NCBI GenBank assembly: GCA_965240325.2
Contig: OZ251228.1
Location: forward strand, 1,054,001-1,118,000
DNA: 64,000 nt
DNA from: Rebecca billardiae RCC1528
Taxonomy: Eukaryota > Protista > Haptophyta
Reading direction: 5' to 3'
In this document: piece after piece, positions 12,001 through 27,000 of the stretch
How the letters are laid out: every line of letters begins with the position of its first letter
Position numbering within the stretch: position 1 is the stretch's first letter
Notes under the pieces: model-generated
Seen by the model: only the letters and a program-made list of their open reading frames with translations
Told to the model about the DNA's origin: nothing
Databases searched by the model: none
Made by a program: the position numbers and the translations under genes

Positions 12001-15000
12001 GCTCGGATATGGGCATCGAGGCGCGCCAAGCGCTCGAGTGGCGGAACTTGACGGTGCTGGCAGCAGCCGTACTCGAGCGCGCTCGAGCCGTGCCCGTGCG
12101 AGCCGACGGTATCCGCACCGCCACGTCTCGCGCACTTCGAAGCCCACCGCGCCCATCCCACCAGCGCACGGGCGCACGGGCGCACGGGCGCACGGGCGCA
12201 CGGGCGCGCCGGGTGGGCGGCGCGCCACCAGCCTCAGCTCGGATATGGGCATCGAGGCGCGCCAAGCGCTCGAGTGGCGGAACTTGACGGTGCTGGCAGC
12301 AGCCGTACTCGGGCGCGCTCGAGCCGTGCCCGTGCGAGCCGACGGTATCCGCACCGCCACGTCTCGCGCACTTCGAAGCCCACCGCGCCCATCCCACCAG
12401 CGCACGGGCGCACGGGCGCACGGGCGCACCGGCGCGCCGGGTGGGCGGCGCGCCACCAGCCTCAGCTCGGATATGGGCATCGAGGCGCGCCAAGCGCTCG
12501 AGTGGCGGCATTGTGACGGTGCTGGCGGCAGCCGTACTCGAGCGCGCTCGAGCCGTGCCCGTGCGAGCCGACGGTATCCGCACCGCCACGTCTCGCGCAC
12601 TTCGAAGCCCACCGCGCCCATCCCACCAGCGCACGGGCGCACGGGCGCACGGGCGCACGGGCGCACGGGCGCGCCGGGTGGGCGGCGCGCGACCAGCCTC
12701 AGCTCGGATATGGGGATCGAGGCGCGCCAAGCGCTCGTGTGGCGGCACTTGACGGTGCTGGCAGCAGCCGTACTCGAGCGCGCTCGAGCCGTGCCCGTGC
12801 GAGCCGACGGTATCCGCACCGCCACGTCTCGCGCACTTCGAAGCCCACCGCGCCCATCCCACCAGCGCACGGGCGCACGGGCGCACGGGCGCACGGGCGC
12901 GCCGGGTGGGCGGCGCGCCACCAGCCTCAGCTCGGATATGGGCATCGAGGCGCGCCAAGCGCTCGAGTGGCGGAACTTGACGGTGCTGGCAGCAGCCGTA
13001 CTCGGGCGCGCTCGAGCCGTGCCCGTGCGAGCCGACGGTATCCGCACCGCCACGTCTCGCGCACTTCGAAGCCCACCGCGCCCATCCCACCAGCGCACGG
13101 GCGCACGGGCGCACGGGCGCACGGGCGCGCCGGGTGGGCGGCGCGCCACCAGCCTCAGCTCGGATATGGGCATCGAGGCGCGCCAAGCGCTCGAGTGGCG
13201 GAACTTGACGGTGCTGGCAGCAGCCGTACTCGGGCGCGCTCAAGCCGTGCCCGTGCGAGCCGACGGTATCCGCACCGCCACGTCTCGCGCACTTCGAAGC
13301 CCACCGCGCCCATCCCACCAGCGCACGGGCGCACGGGCGCACGGGCGCACCGGCGCGCCGGGTGGGCGGCGCGCCACCAGCCTCAGCTCGGATATGGGCA
13401 TCGAGGCGCGCCAAGCGCTCGAGTGGCGGAACTTGACGGTGCTGGCAGCAGCCGTACTCGGGCGCGCTCGAGCCGTGCCCGTGCGAGCCGACGGTATCCG
13501 CACCGCCACGTCTCGCGCACTTCGAAGCCCACCGCGCCCATCCCACCAGCGCACGGGCGCACGGGCGCACGGGCGCACGGGCGCGCCGGGTGGGCGGCGC
13601 GCCACCAGCCTCAGCTCGGATATGGGCATCGAGGCGCGCCAAGCGCTCGAGTGGCGGAACTTGACGGTGCTGGCAGCAGCCGTACTCGAGCGCGCTCGAG
13701 CCGTGCCCGTGCGAGCCGACGGTATCCGCACCGCCACGTCTCGCGCACTTCGAAGCCCACCGCGCCCATCCCACCAGCGCACGGGCGCACGGGCGCACGG
13801 GCGCACGGGCGCACCGGCGCGCCGGGTGGGCGGCGCGCGACCAGCCTCAGCTCGGATATGGGGATCGAGGCGCGCCAAGCGCTCGTGTGGCGGCACTTGA
13901 CGGTGCTGGCAGCAGCCGTACTCGAGCGCGCTCGAGCCGTGCCCGTGCGAGCCGACGGTATCCGCACCGCCACGTCTCGCGCACTTCGAAGCCCACCGCG
14001 CCCATCCCACCAGCGCACGGGCGCACGGGCGCACGGGCGCACGGGCGCGCCGGGTGGGCGGCGCGCCACCAGCCTCAGCTCGGATATGGGCATCGAGGCG
14101 CGCCAAGCGCTCGAGTGGCGGAACTTGACGGTGCTGGCAGCAGCCGTACTCGGGCGCGCTCGAGCCGTGCCCTTGCGAGCCGACGGTATCCGCACCGCCA
14201 CGTCTCGCGCACTTCGAAGCCCACCGCGCCCATCCCACCAGCGCACGGGCGCACGGGCGCACGGGCGCACGGGCGCGCCGGGTGGGCGGCGCGCCACCAG
14301 CCTCAGCTCGGATATGGGGATCGAGGCGCGCCAAGCGCTCGTGTGGCGGCACTTGACGGTGCTGGCAGCAGCCGTACTCGAGCGCGCTCGAGCCGTGCCC
14401 GTGCGAGCCGACGGTATCCGCACCGCCACGTCTCGCGCACTTCGAAGCCCACCGCGCCCATCCCACCAGCGCACGGGCGCACGGGCGCACGGGCGCACGG
14501 GCGCGCCGGGTGGGCGGCGCGCGACCAGCCTCAGCTCGGATATGGGCATCGAGGCGCGCCAAGCGCTCGTGTGGCGGCACTTGACGGTGCTGGCAGCAGC
14601 CGTACTCGAGCGCGCTCGAGCCGTGCCCGTGCGAGCCGACGGTATCCGCACCGCCACGTCTCGCGCACTTCGAAGCCCACCGCGCCCATCCCACCAGCGC
14701 ACGGGCGCACGGGCGCACGGGCGCACGGGCGCGCCGGGTGGGCGGCGCGCCACCAGCCTCAGCTCGGATATGGGCATCGAGGCGCGCCAAGCGCTCGAGT
14801 GGCGGAACTTGACGGTGCTGGCAGCAGCCGTACTCGAGCGCGCTCGAGCCGTGCCCGTGCGAGCCGACGGTATCCGCACCGCCACGTCTCGCGCACTTCG
14901 AAGCCCACCGCGCCCATCCCACCAGCGCACGGGCGCACGGGCGCACGGGCGCACCGGCGCGCCGGGTGGGCGGCGCGCCACCGGCCTCAGCTCGGATATG

Positions 15001-18000
15001 GGCATCGAGGCGCGCCAAGCGCTCGTGTGGCGGAACTTGACGGTGCTGGCAGCAGCCGTACTCGAGCACGCTCGAGCCGTGCCCGTGCGAGCCGACGGTA
15101 TCCGCACCGCCACGTCTCGCGCACTTCGAAGCCCACCGCGCCCATCCCACCAGCGCACGGGCGCACGGGCGCACGGGCGCACCGGCGCGCCGGGTGGGCG
15201 GCGCGCGACCAGCCTCAGCTCGGATATGGGCATCGAGGCGCGCCAAGCGCTCGAGTGGCGGAACTTGACGGTGCTGGCAGCAGCCGTACTCGAGCGCGCT
15301 CGAGCCGTGCCCGTGCGAGCCGACGGTATCCGCACCGCCACGTCTCGCGCACTTCGAAGCCCACCGCGCCCATCCCACCAGCGCACGGGCGCACGGGCGC
15401 ACGGGCGCACCGGCGCGCCGGGTGGGCGGCGCGCGACCAGCCTCAGCTCGGATATGGGGATCGAGGCGCGCCAAGCGCTCGTGTGGCGGCACTTGACGGT
15501 GCTGGCAGCAGCCGTACTCGAGCGCGCTCGAGCCGTGCCCGTGCGAGCCGACGGTATCCGCACCGCCACGTCTCGCGCACTTCGAAGCCCACCGCGCCCA
15601 TCCCACCAGCGCACGGGCGCACGGGCGCACGGGCGCACGGGCGCGCCGGGTGGGCGGCGCGCGACCAGCCTCAGCTCGGATATGGGCATCGAGGCGCGCC
15701 AAGCGCTCGAGTGGCGGCACTTGACGGTGCTGGCAGCAGCCGTACTCGAGCGCGCTCGAGCCGTGCCCGTGCGAGCCGACGGTATCCGCACCGCCACGTC
15801 TCGCGCACTTCGAAGCCCACCGCGCCCATCCCACCAGCGCACGGGCGCACGGGCGCACGGGCGCACGGGCGCACCGGCGCGCCGGGTGGGCGGCGCGCCA
15901 CCAGCCTCAGCTCGGATATGGGCATCGAGGCGCGCCAAGCGCTCGAGTGGCGGCATTGTGACGGTGCTGGCAGCAGCCGTACTCGAGCGCGCTCGAGCCG
16001 TGCCCGTGCGAGCCGACGGTATCCGCACCGCCACGTCTCGCGCACTTCGAAGCCCACCGCGCCCATCCCACCAGCGCACGGGCGCACGGGCGCACGGGCG
16101 CACGGGCGCGCCGGGTGGGCGGCGCGCCACCAGCCTCAGCTCGGATATGGGCATCGAGGCGCGCCAAGCGCTCGAGTGGTGGAACTTGACGGTGCTGGCA
16201 GCAGCCGTACTCGAGCGCGCTCGAGCCGTGCCCGTGCGAGCCGACGGTATCCGCACCGCCACGTCTCGCGCACTTCGAAGCCCACCGCGCCCATCCCACC
16301 AGCGCACGGGCGCACGGGCGCACGGGCGCACGGGCGCGCCGGGTGGGCGGCGCGCCACCAGCCTCAGCTCGGATATGGGCATCGAGGCGCGCCAAGCGCT
16401 CGTGTGGCGGAACTTGACGGTGCTGGCAGCAGCCGTACTCGAGCACGCTCGAGCCGTGCCCGTGCGAGCCGACGGTATCCGCACCGCCACGTCTCGCGCA
16501 CTTCGAAGCCCACCGCGCCCATCCCACCAGCGCACGGGCGCACGGGCGCACGGGCGCACGGGCGCGCCGGGTGGGCGGCGCGCCACCAGCCTCAGCTCGG
16601 ATATGGGCATCGAGGCGCGCCAAGCGCTCGTGTGGCGGAACTTGACGGTGCTGGCAGCAGCCGTACTCGAGCACGCTCGAGCCGTGCCCGTGCGAGCCGA
16701 CGGTATCCGCACCGCCACGTCTCGCGCACTTCGAAGCCCACCGCGCCCATCCCACCAGCGCACGGGCGCACGGGCGCACGGGCGCACGGGCGCGCCGGGT
16801 GGGCGGCGCGCCACCAGCCTCAGCTCGGATATGGGGATCGAAGCGCGCCAAGCGCTCGTGTGGCGGAACTTGACGGTGCTGGCAGCCGCCGTACTCGAGC
16901 GCGCTCGAGCCGTGCCCGTGCGAGCCGACGGTATCCGCACCGCCACGTCTCGCGCACTTCGAAGCCCACCGCGCCCATCCCACCAGCGCACGGGCGCACG
17001 GGTGCACGGGCGCACGGGCGCGCCGGGTGGGCGGCGCGCCACCAGCCTCAGCTCGGATATGGGGATCGAGGCGCGCCAAGCGCTCGAGTGGCGGAACTTG
17101 ACGGTGCTGGCAGCCGCCGTACTCGAGCGCGCTCGAGCCGTGCCCGTGCGAGCCGACGGTATCCGCACCGCCACGTCTCGCGCACTTCGAAGCCCACCGC
17201 GCCCATCCCACCAGCGCACGGGCGCACGGGCGCACGGGCGCACCGGCGCGCCGGGTGGGCGGCGCGCCACCAGCCTCAGCTCGGATATGGGGATCGAGGC
17301 GCGCCAAGCGCTCGATTGGCGGCATCGTGACGGTGCTGGCGGCAGCCGTACTCGAGCGCGCTCGAGCCGTGCCCGTGCGAGCCGACGGTATCCGCACCGC
17401 CACGTCTCGCGCACTTCGAAGCCCACCGCGCCCATCCCACCAGCGCACGGGCGCACGGGCGCACGGGCGCACGGGCGCGCCGGGTGGGCGGCGCGCCACC
17501 AGCCTCAGCTCGGATATGGGGATCGAGGCGCGCCAAGCGCTCGTGTGGCGGCACTTGACGGTGCTGGCAGCAGCCGTACTCGAGCGCGCTCGAGCCGTGC
17601 CCGTGCGAGCCGACGGTATCCGCACCGCCACGTCTCGCGCACTTCGAAGCCCACCGCGCCCATCCCACCAGCGCACGGGCGCACGGGCGCACGGGCGCAC
17701 GGGCGCACCGGCGCGCCGGGTGGGCGGCGCGCCACCAGCCTCAGCTCGGATATGGGCATCGAGGCGCGCCAAGCGCTCGTGTGGCGGCACTTGACGGTGC
17801 TGGCAGCAGCCGTACTCGAGCGCGCTCGAGCCGTGCCCGTGCGAGCCGACGGTATCCGCACCGCCACGTCTCGCGCACTTCGAAGCCCACCGCGCCCATC
17901 CCACCAGCGCACGGGCGCACGGGCGCACGGGCGCACCGGTGCTCCGGGTGGGCGGCGCGCAACCAGCCTCAGCTCGGATATGGGCATCGAGGCGCGCCAA

Positions 18001-21000
18001 GCGCTCGAGTGGCGGAACTTGACGGTGCTGGCATCAGCCGTACTCGAGCGCGCTCGAGCCGTGCCCGTGCGAGCCGACGGTATCCGCACCGCCACGTCTC
18101 GCGCACTTCGAAGCCCACCGCGCCCATCCCACCAGCGCACGGGCGCACGGGCGCACGGGCGCACGGGCGCACCGGCGCGCCGGGTGGGCGGCGCGCCACC
18201 AGCCTCAGCTCGGATATGGGGATCGAGGCGCGCCAAGCGCTCGAGTGGCGGCATTGTGACGGTGCTGGCGGCAGCCGTACTCGAGCGCGCTCGAGCCGTG
18301 CCCGTGCGAGCCGACGGTATCCGCACCGCCACGTCTCGCGCACTTCGAAGCCCACCGCGCCCATCCCACCAGCGCACGGGCGCACGGGCGCACGGGCGCA
18401 CGGGCGCGCCGGGTGGGCGGTGCGCCACCAGCCTCAGCTCGGATATGGGGATCGAGGCGCGCCAAGCGCTCGAGTGGCGGCATTGTGATGGTGCTGGCAG
18501 CAGCCGTACTCAAGCGCGCTCGAGCCGTGCCCGTGCGAGCCGACGGTATCCGCACCGCCACGTCTCGCGCACTTCGAAGCCCACCGCGCCCATCCCACCA
18601 GCGCACGGGCGCACGGGCGCACGGGCGCACGGGCGCGCCGGGTGGGCGGCGCGCCACCAGCCTCAGCTCGGATATGGGCATCGAGGCGCGCCAAGCGCTC
18701 GAGTGGCGGAACTTGACGGTGCTGGCAGCAGCCGTACTCGAGCGCGCTCGAGCCGTGCCCGTGCGAGCCGACGGTATCCGCACCGCCACGTCTCGCGCAC
18801 TTCGAAGCCCACCGCGCCCATCCCACCAGCGCACGGGCGCACGGGCGCACGGGCGCACGGGCGCACCGGCGCGCCGGGTGGGCGGCGCGCCACCAGCCTC
18901 AGCTCGGATATGGGCATCGAGGCGCGCCAAGCGCTCGAGTGGCGGAACTTGACGGTGCTGGCAGCAGCCGTACTCGAGCGCGCTCGAGCCGTGCCCGTGC
19001 GAGCCGACGGTATCCGCACCGCCACGTCTCGCGCACTTCGAAGCCCACCGCGCCCATCCCACCAGCGCACGGGCGCACGGGCGCACGGGCGCACCGGCGC
19101 GCCGGGTGGGCGGCGCGCCACCAGCCTCAGCTCGGATATGGGGATCGAGGCGCGCCAAGCGCTCGTGTGGCGGCACTTGACGGTGCTGGCAGCAGCCGTA
19201 CTCGAGCGCGCTCGAGCCGTGCCCGTGCGAGCCGACGGTATCCGCACCGCCACGTCTCGCGCACTTCGAAGCCCACCGCGCCCATCCCACCAGCGCACGG
19301 GCGCACGGGCGCACGGGCGCACGGGCGCACCGGCGCGCCGGGTGGGCGGCGCGCCACCAGCCTCAGCTCGGATATGGGGATCGAGGCGCGCCAAGCGCTC
19401 GATTGCGGCATTGTGACGGTGCTGACGGCAGCCGTACTCGAGCGCGCTCGAGCCGTGCCCGTGCGCGTCGACGGTATCCGCACCGCCACGTCTCGCGCAC
19501 TTCGAAGCCCACCGCGCCCATCCCACCAGCGCACGGGCGCACGGGCGCACGGGCGCACGGGCGCGCCGGGTGGGCGGCGCGCCACCAGCCTCAGCTCGGA
19601 TATGGGCATCGAGGCGCGCCAAGCGCTCGTGTGGCGGAACTTGACGGTGCTGGCAGCAGCCGTACTCGAGCGCGCTCGAGCCGTGCCCGTGCGAGCCGAC
19701 GGTATCCGCACCGCCACGTCTCGCGCACTTCGAAGCCCACCGCGCCCATCCCACCAGCGCACGGGCGCACGGGCGCACGGGCGCACGGGCGCGCCGGGTG
19801 GGCGGCGCGCCACCAGCCTCAGCTCGGATATGGGCATCGAGGCGCGCCAAGCGCTCGAGTGGTGGAACTTGACGGTGCTGGCAGCAGCCGTACTCGAGCG
19901 CGCTCGAGCCGTGCCCGTGCGAGCCGACGGTATCCGCACCGCCACGTCTCGCGCACTTCGAAGCCCACCGCGCCCATCCCACCAGCGCACGGGCGCACGG
20001 GCGCACGGGCGCACGGGCGCGCCGGGTGGGCGGCGCGCCACCAGCCTCAGCTCGGATATGGGCATCGAGGCGCGCCAAGCGCTCGTGTGGCGGAACTTGA
20101 CGGTGCTGGCAGCAGCCGTACTCGAGCACGCTCGAGCCGTGCCCGTGCGAGCCGACGGTATCCGCACCGCCACGTCTCGCGCACTTCGAAGCCCACCGCG
20201 CCCATCCCACCAGCGCACGGGCGCACGGGCGCACGGGCGCACGGGCGCGCCGGGTGGGCGGCGCGCCACCAGCCTCAGCTCGGATATGGGGATCGAAGCG
20301 CGCCAAGCGCTCGTGTGGCGGAACTTGACGGTGCTGGCAGCCGCCGTACTCGAGCGCGCTCGAGCCGTGCCCGTGCGAGCCGACGGTATCCGCACCGCCA
20401 CGTCTCGCGCACTTCGAAGCCCACCGCGCCCATCCCACCAGCGCACGGGCGCACGGGTGCACGGGCGCACGGGCGCGCCGGGTGGGCGGCGCGCCACCAG
20501 CCTCAGCTCGGATATGGGGATCGAGGCGCGCCAAGCGCTCGAGTGGCGGAACTTGACGGTGCTGGCAGCCGCCGTACTCGAGCGCGCTCGAGCCGTGCCC
20601 GTGCGAGCCGACGGTATCCGCACCGCCACGTCTCGCGCACTTCGAAGCCCACCGCGCCCATCCCACCAGCGCACGGGCGCACGGGCGCACGGGCGCACCG
20701 GCGCGCCGGGTGGGCGGCGCGCCACCAGCCTCAGCTCGGATATGGGGATCGAGGCGCGCCAAGCGCTCGATTGGCGGCATCGTGACGGTGCTGGCGGCAG
20801 CCGTACTCGAGCGCGCTCGAGCCGTGCCCGTGCGAGCCGACGGTATCCGCACCGCCACGTCTCGCGCACTTCGAAGCCCACCGCGCCCATCCCACCAGCG
20901 CACGGGCGCACGGGCGCACGGGCGCACGGGCGCGCCGGGTGGGCGGCGCGCCACCAGCCTCAGCTCGGATATGGGGATCGAGGCGCGCCAAGCGCTCGTG

Positions 21001-24000
21001 TGGCGGCACTTGACGGTGCTGGCAGCAGCCGTACTCGAGCGCGCTCGAGCCGTGCCCGTGCAAGCCGACGGTATCCGCACCGCCACGTCTCGCGCACTTC
21101 GAAGCCCACCGCGCCCATCCCACCAGCGCACGGGCGCACGGGCGCACGGGCGCACGGGCGCACCGGCGCGCCGGGTGGGCGGCGCGCCACCAGCCTCAGC
21201 TCGGATATGGGCATCGAGGCGCGCCAAGCGCTCGTGTGGCGGCACTTGACGGTGCTGGCAGCAGCCGTACTCGAGCGCGCTCGAGCCGTGCCCGTGCGAG
21301 CCGACGGTATCCGCACCGCCACGTCTCGCGCACTTCGAAGCCCACCGCGCCCATCCCACCAGCGCACGGGCGCACGGGCGCACGGGCGCACCGGTGCTCC
21401 GGGTGGGCGGCGCGCAACCAGCCTCAGCTCGGATATGGGCATCGAGGCGCGCCAAGCGCTCGAGTGGCGGAACTTGACGGTGCTGGCAGCAGCCGTACTC
21501 GAGCGCGCTCGAGCCGTGCCCGTGCGAGCCGACGGTATCCGCACCGCCACGTCTCGCGCACTTCGAAGCCCACCGCGCCCATCCCACCAGCGCACGGGCG
21601 CACGGGCGCACGGGCGCACGGGCGCACCGGCGCGCCGGGTGGGCGGCGCGCCACCAGCCTCAGCTCGGATATGGGGATCGAGGCGCGCCAAGCGCTCGAG
21701 TGGCGGCATTGTGACGGTGCTGGCGGCAGCCGTACTCGAGCGCGCTCGAGCCGTGCCCGTGCGAGCCGACGGTATCGGCACCGCCACGTCTCGCGCACTT
21801 CGAAGCCCACCGCGCCCATCCCACCAGCGCACGGGCGCACGGGCGCACGGGCGCACGGGCGCACCGGCGCGCCGGGTGGATGGCGCGCCACCAGCCCCAG
21901 CTCGGATATGGGCATCGAGGCGCGCCAAGCGCTCGAGTGGCGGAACTTGACGGTGCTGGCAGCAGCCGTACTCGAGCGCGCTCGAGCCGTGCCCGTGCGA
22001 GCCGACGGTATCCGCACCGCCACGTCTCGCGCACTTCGAAGCCCACCGCGCCCATCCCACCAGCGCACGGGCGCACGGGCGCACGGGCGCACGGGCGCAC
22101 CGGCGCGCCGGGTGGGCGGCGCGCCACCAGCCTCAGCTCGGATATGGGCATCGAGGCGCGCCAAGCGCTCGAGTGGCGGAACTTGACGGTGCTGGCAGCA
22201 GCCGTACTCGAGCGCGCTCGAGCCGTGCCCGTGCGAGCCGACGGTATCCGCACCGCCACGTCTCGCGCACTTCGAAGCCCACCGCGCCCATCCCACCAGC
22301 GCACGGGCGCACGGGCGCACGGGCGCACCGGCGCGCCGGGTGGGCGGCGCGCCACCAGCCTCAGCTCGGATATGGGGATCGAGGCGCGCCAAGCGCTCGT
22401 GTGGCGGCACTTGACGGTGCTGGCAGCAGCCGTACTCGAGCGCGCTCGAGCCGTGCCCGTGCGAGCCGACGGTATCCGCACCGCCACGTCTCGCGCACTT
22501 CGAAGCCCACCGCGCCCATCCCACCAGCGCACGGGCGCACGGGCGCACGGGCGCACGGGCGCACCGGCGCGCCGGGTGGGCGGCGCGCCACCAGCCTCAG
22601 CTCGGATATGGGGATCGAGGCGCGCCAAGCGCTCGATTGCGGCATTGTGACGGTGCTGACGGCAGCCGTACTCGAGCGCGCTCGAGCCGTGCCCGTGCGC
22701 GTCGACGGTATCCGCACCGCCACGTCTCGCGCACTTCGAAGCCCACCGCGCCCATCCCACCAGCGCACGGGCGCACGGGCGCACGGGCGCACGGGCGCGC
22801 CGGGTGGGCGGCGCGCCACCAGCCTCAGCTCGGATATGGGCATCGAGGCGCGCCAAGCGCTCGAGTGGCGGCACTTGACGGTGCTGGCAGCAGCCGTACT
22901 CGAGCGCGCTCGAGCCGTGCCCGTGCGAGCCGACGGTATCCGCACCGCCACGTCTCGCGCACTTCGAAGCCCACCGCGCCCATCCCACCAGCGCACGGGC
23001 GCACGGGCGCACGGGCGCACCGGCGCGCCGGGTGGGCGGCGCGCGACCAGCCTCAGCTCGGATATGGGCATCGAGGCGCGCCAAGCGCTCGAGTGGCGGA
23101 ACTTGACGGTGCTGGCAGCAGCCGTACTCGAGCGCGCTCGAGCCGTGCCCGTGCGAGCCGACGGTATCCGCACCGCCACGTCTCGCGCACTTCGAAGCCC
23201 ACCGCGCCCATCCCACCAGCGCACGGGCGCACGGGCGCACGGGCGCACGGGCGCGCCGGGTGGGCGGCGCGCCACCAGCCTCAGCTCGGATATGGGCATC
23301 GAGGCGCGCCAAGCGCTCGAGTGGCGGAACTTGACGGTGCTGGCAGCAGCCGTACTCGAGCGCGCTCGAGCCGTGCCCGTGCGAGCCGACGGTATCCGCA
23401 CCGCCACGTCTCGCGCACTTCGAATCCCACCGCGCCCATCCCACCAGCGCACGGGCGCACGGGCGCACGGGCGCACGGGCGCGCCGGGTGGGCGGCGCGC
23501 CACCAGCCTCAGCTCGGATATGGGGATCGAGGCGCGCCAAGCGCTCGAGTGGCGGCATTGTGACGGTGCTGGCGGCAGCCGTACTCGAGCGCGCTCGAGC
23601 CGTGCCCGTGCGAGCCGACGGTATCCGCACCGCCACGTCTCGCGCACTTCGAAGCCCACCGCGCCCATCCCACCAGCGCACGGGCGCACGGGCGCACGGG
23701 CGCACGGGCGCACCGGCGCGCCGGGTGGATGGCGCGCCACCAGCCTCAGCTCGGATATGGGGATCGAGGCGCGCCAAGCGCTCGTGTGGCGGCACTTGAC
23801 GGTGCTGGCAGCAGCCGTACTCGAGCGCGCTCGAGCCGTGCCCGTGCGAGCCGACGGTATCCGCACCGCCACGTCTCGCGCACTTCGAAGCCCACCGCGC
23901 CCATCCCACCAGCGCACGGGCGCACGGGCGCACGGGCGCACGGGCGCACCGGCGCGCCGGGTGGGCGGCGCGCCACCAGCCTCAGCTCGGATATGGGCAT

Positions 24001-27000
24001 CGAGGCGCGCCAAGCGCTCGAGTGGCGGAACTTGACGGTGCTGGCAGCAGCCGTACTCGAGCGCGCTCGAGCCGTGCCCGTGCGAGCCGACGGTATCCGC
24101 ACCGCCACGTCTCGCGCACTTCGAAGCCCACCGCGCCCATCCCACCAGCGCACGGGCGCACGGGCGCACGGGCGCACCGGCGCGCCGGGTGGGCGGCGCG
24201 CCACCAGCCTCAGCTCGGATATGGGGATCGAGGCGCGCCAAGCGCTCGTGTGGCGGCACTTGACGGTGCTGGCAGCAGCCGTACTCGAGCGCGCTCGAGC
24301 CGTGCCCGTGCGAGCCGACGGTATCCGCACCGCCACGTCTCGCGCACTTCGAAGCCCACCGCGCCCATCCCACCAGCGCACGGGCGCACGGGCGCACGGG
24401 CGCACGGGCGCACCGGCGCGCCGGGTGGGCGGCGCGCCACCAGCCTCAGCTCGGATATGGGGATCGAGGCGCGCCAAGCGCTCGATTGCGGCATTGTGAC
24501 GGTGCTGACGGCAGCCGTACTCGAGCGCGCTCGAGCCGTGCCCGTGCGCGTCGACGGTATCCGCACCGCCACGTCTCGCGCACTTCGAAGCCCACCGCGC
24601 CCATCCCACCAGCGCACGGGCGCACGGGCGCACGGGCGCACGGGCGCGCCGGGTGGGCGGCGCGCCACCAGCCTCAGCTCGGATATGGGCATCGAGGCGC
24701 GCCAAGCGCTCGAGTGGCGGCACTTGACGGTGCTGGCAGCAGCCGTACTCGAGCGTGCTCGAGCCGTGCCCGTGCGAGCCGACGGTATCCGCACCGCCAC
24801 GTCTCGCGCACTTCGAAGCCCACCGCGCCCATCCCACCAGCGCACGGGCGCACGGGCGCACGGGCGCACGGGCGCACCGGCGCGCCGGGTGGGCGGCGCG
24901 CCACCAGCCTCAGCTCGGATATGGGGATCGAGGCGCGCCAAGCGCTCGAGTGGCGGCATTGTGACGATGCTGGCGGCAGCCGTACTCGAGCGCGCTCGAG
25001 CCGTGCCCGTGCGAGCCGACGGTATCCGCACCGCCACGTCTCGCGCACTTCGAAGCCCACCGCGCCCATCCCACCAGCGCACGGGCGCACGGGCGCACGG
25101 GCGCACCGGCGCGCCGGGTGGGCGGCGCGCCACCAGCCTCAGCTCGGATATGGGGATCGAGGCGCGCCAAGCGCTCGTGTGGCGGCACTTGACGGTGCTG
25201 GCAGCAGCCGTACTCGAGCGCGCTCGAGCCGTGCCCGTGCGAGCCGACGGTATCCGCACCGCCACGTCTCGCGCACTTCGAAGCCCACCGCGCCCATCCC
25301 ACCAGCGCACGGGCGCACGGGCGCACGGGCGCACGGGCGCACCGGCGCGCCGGGTGGGCGGCGCGCCACCAGCCTCAGCTCGGATATGGGGATCGAGGCG
25401 CGCCAAGCGCTCGAGTGGCGGCATTGTGACGGTGCTGGCGGCAGCCGTACTCGAGCGCGCTCGAGCCGTGCCCGTGCGAGCCGACGGTATCCGCACCGCC
25501 ACGTCTCGCGCACTTCGAAGCCCACCGCGCCCATCCCACCAGCGCACGGGCGCACGGGCGCACGGGCGCACGGGCGCACCGGCGCGCCGGGTGGGCGGCG
25601 CGCCACCAGCCCCAGCTCGGATATGGGCATCGAGGCGCGCCAAGCGCTCGAGTGGCGGAACGTGACGGTGCTGGCAGCAGCCGTACTCGAGCGCGCTCGA
25701 GCCGTGCCCGTGCGAGCCGACGGTATCCGCACCGCCACGTCTCGCGCACTTCGAAGCCCACCGCGCCCATCCCACCAGCGCACGGGCGCACGGGCGCACG
25801 GGCGCACGGGCGCGCCGGGTGGGCGGCGCACAGCCTCAGCTCGGATATGGGCATCGAGGCGCGCCAAGCGCTCGAGTGGCGGAACTTGACGGTGCTGGCA
25901 GCAGCCGTACTCGAGCGCGCTCGAGCCGTGCCCGTGCGAGCCGACGGTATCCGCACCGCCACGTCTCGCGCACTTCGAAGCCCACCGCGCCCATCCCACC
26001 AGCGCACGGGCGCACGGGCGCACGGGCGCACCGGCGCGCCGGGTGGGCGGCGCGCCACCAGCCTCAGCTCGGATATGGGCATCGAGGCGCGCCAAGCGCT
26101 CGTGTGGCGGACCTTGACGGTGCTTGCAGCAGCCGTACTCGAGCGCGCTCGAGCCGTGCCCGTGCGAGCCGACGGTATCCGCACCGCCACGTCTCGCGCA
26201 CTTCGAAGCCCACCGCGCCCATCCCACCAGCGCACGGGCGCACGGGCGCACGGGCGCACCGGCGCGCCGGGTGGGCGGCGCGCCACCAGCCTCAGCTCGG
26301 ATATGGGCATCGAGGCGCGCCAAGCGCTCGTGTGGCGGACCTTGACGGTGCTTGCAGCAGCCGTACTCGAGCGCGCTCGAGCCGTGCCCGTGCGAGCCGA
26401 CGGTATCCGCACCGCCACGTCTCGCGCACTTCGAAGCCCACCGCGCCCGTCCCACCAGCGCACGGGCGCACGGGCGCACGGGCGCACCGGCGCGCCGGGT
26501 GGGCGGCGCGCCACCAGCCTCAGCTCGGATATGGGGATCGAGGCGCGCCAAGCGCTCGTGTGGCGGCACTTGACGGTGCTGGCAGCAGCCGTACTCGAGC
26601 GCGCTCGAGCCGTGCCCGTGCGAGCCGACGGTATCCGCACCGCCACGTCTCGCGCACTTCGAAGCCCACCGCGCCCATCCCACCAGCGCACGGGCGCACG
26701 GGCGCACGGGCGCACCGGCGCGCCGGGTGGGCGGCGCGCCACCAGCCTCAGCTCGGATATGGGCATCGAGGCGCGCCAAGCGCTCGATTGCGGCATTGTG
26801 ACGGTGCTGACGGCAGTCGTATTCGAGCGCGCTCGAGTCGTGCCCGTGCGAGCCGACGGTATCCGCACCGCCACGTCTCGCGCACTTCGAAGCCCACCGC
26901 GCCCATCCCACCAGCGCACGGGCGCACGGGCGCACGGGCGCGCCGGGTGGGCGGCGCGCCACCAGCCTCAGCTCGGATATGGGCATCGAGGCGCGCCAAG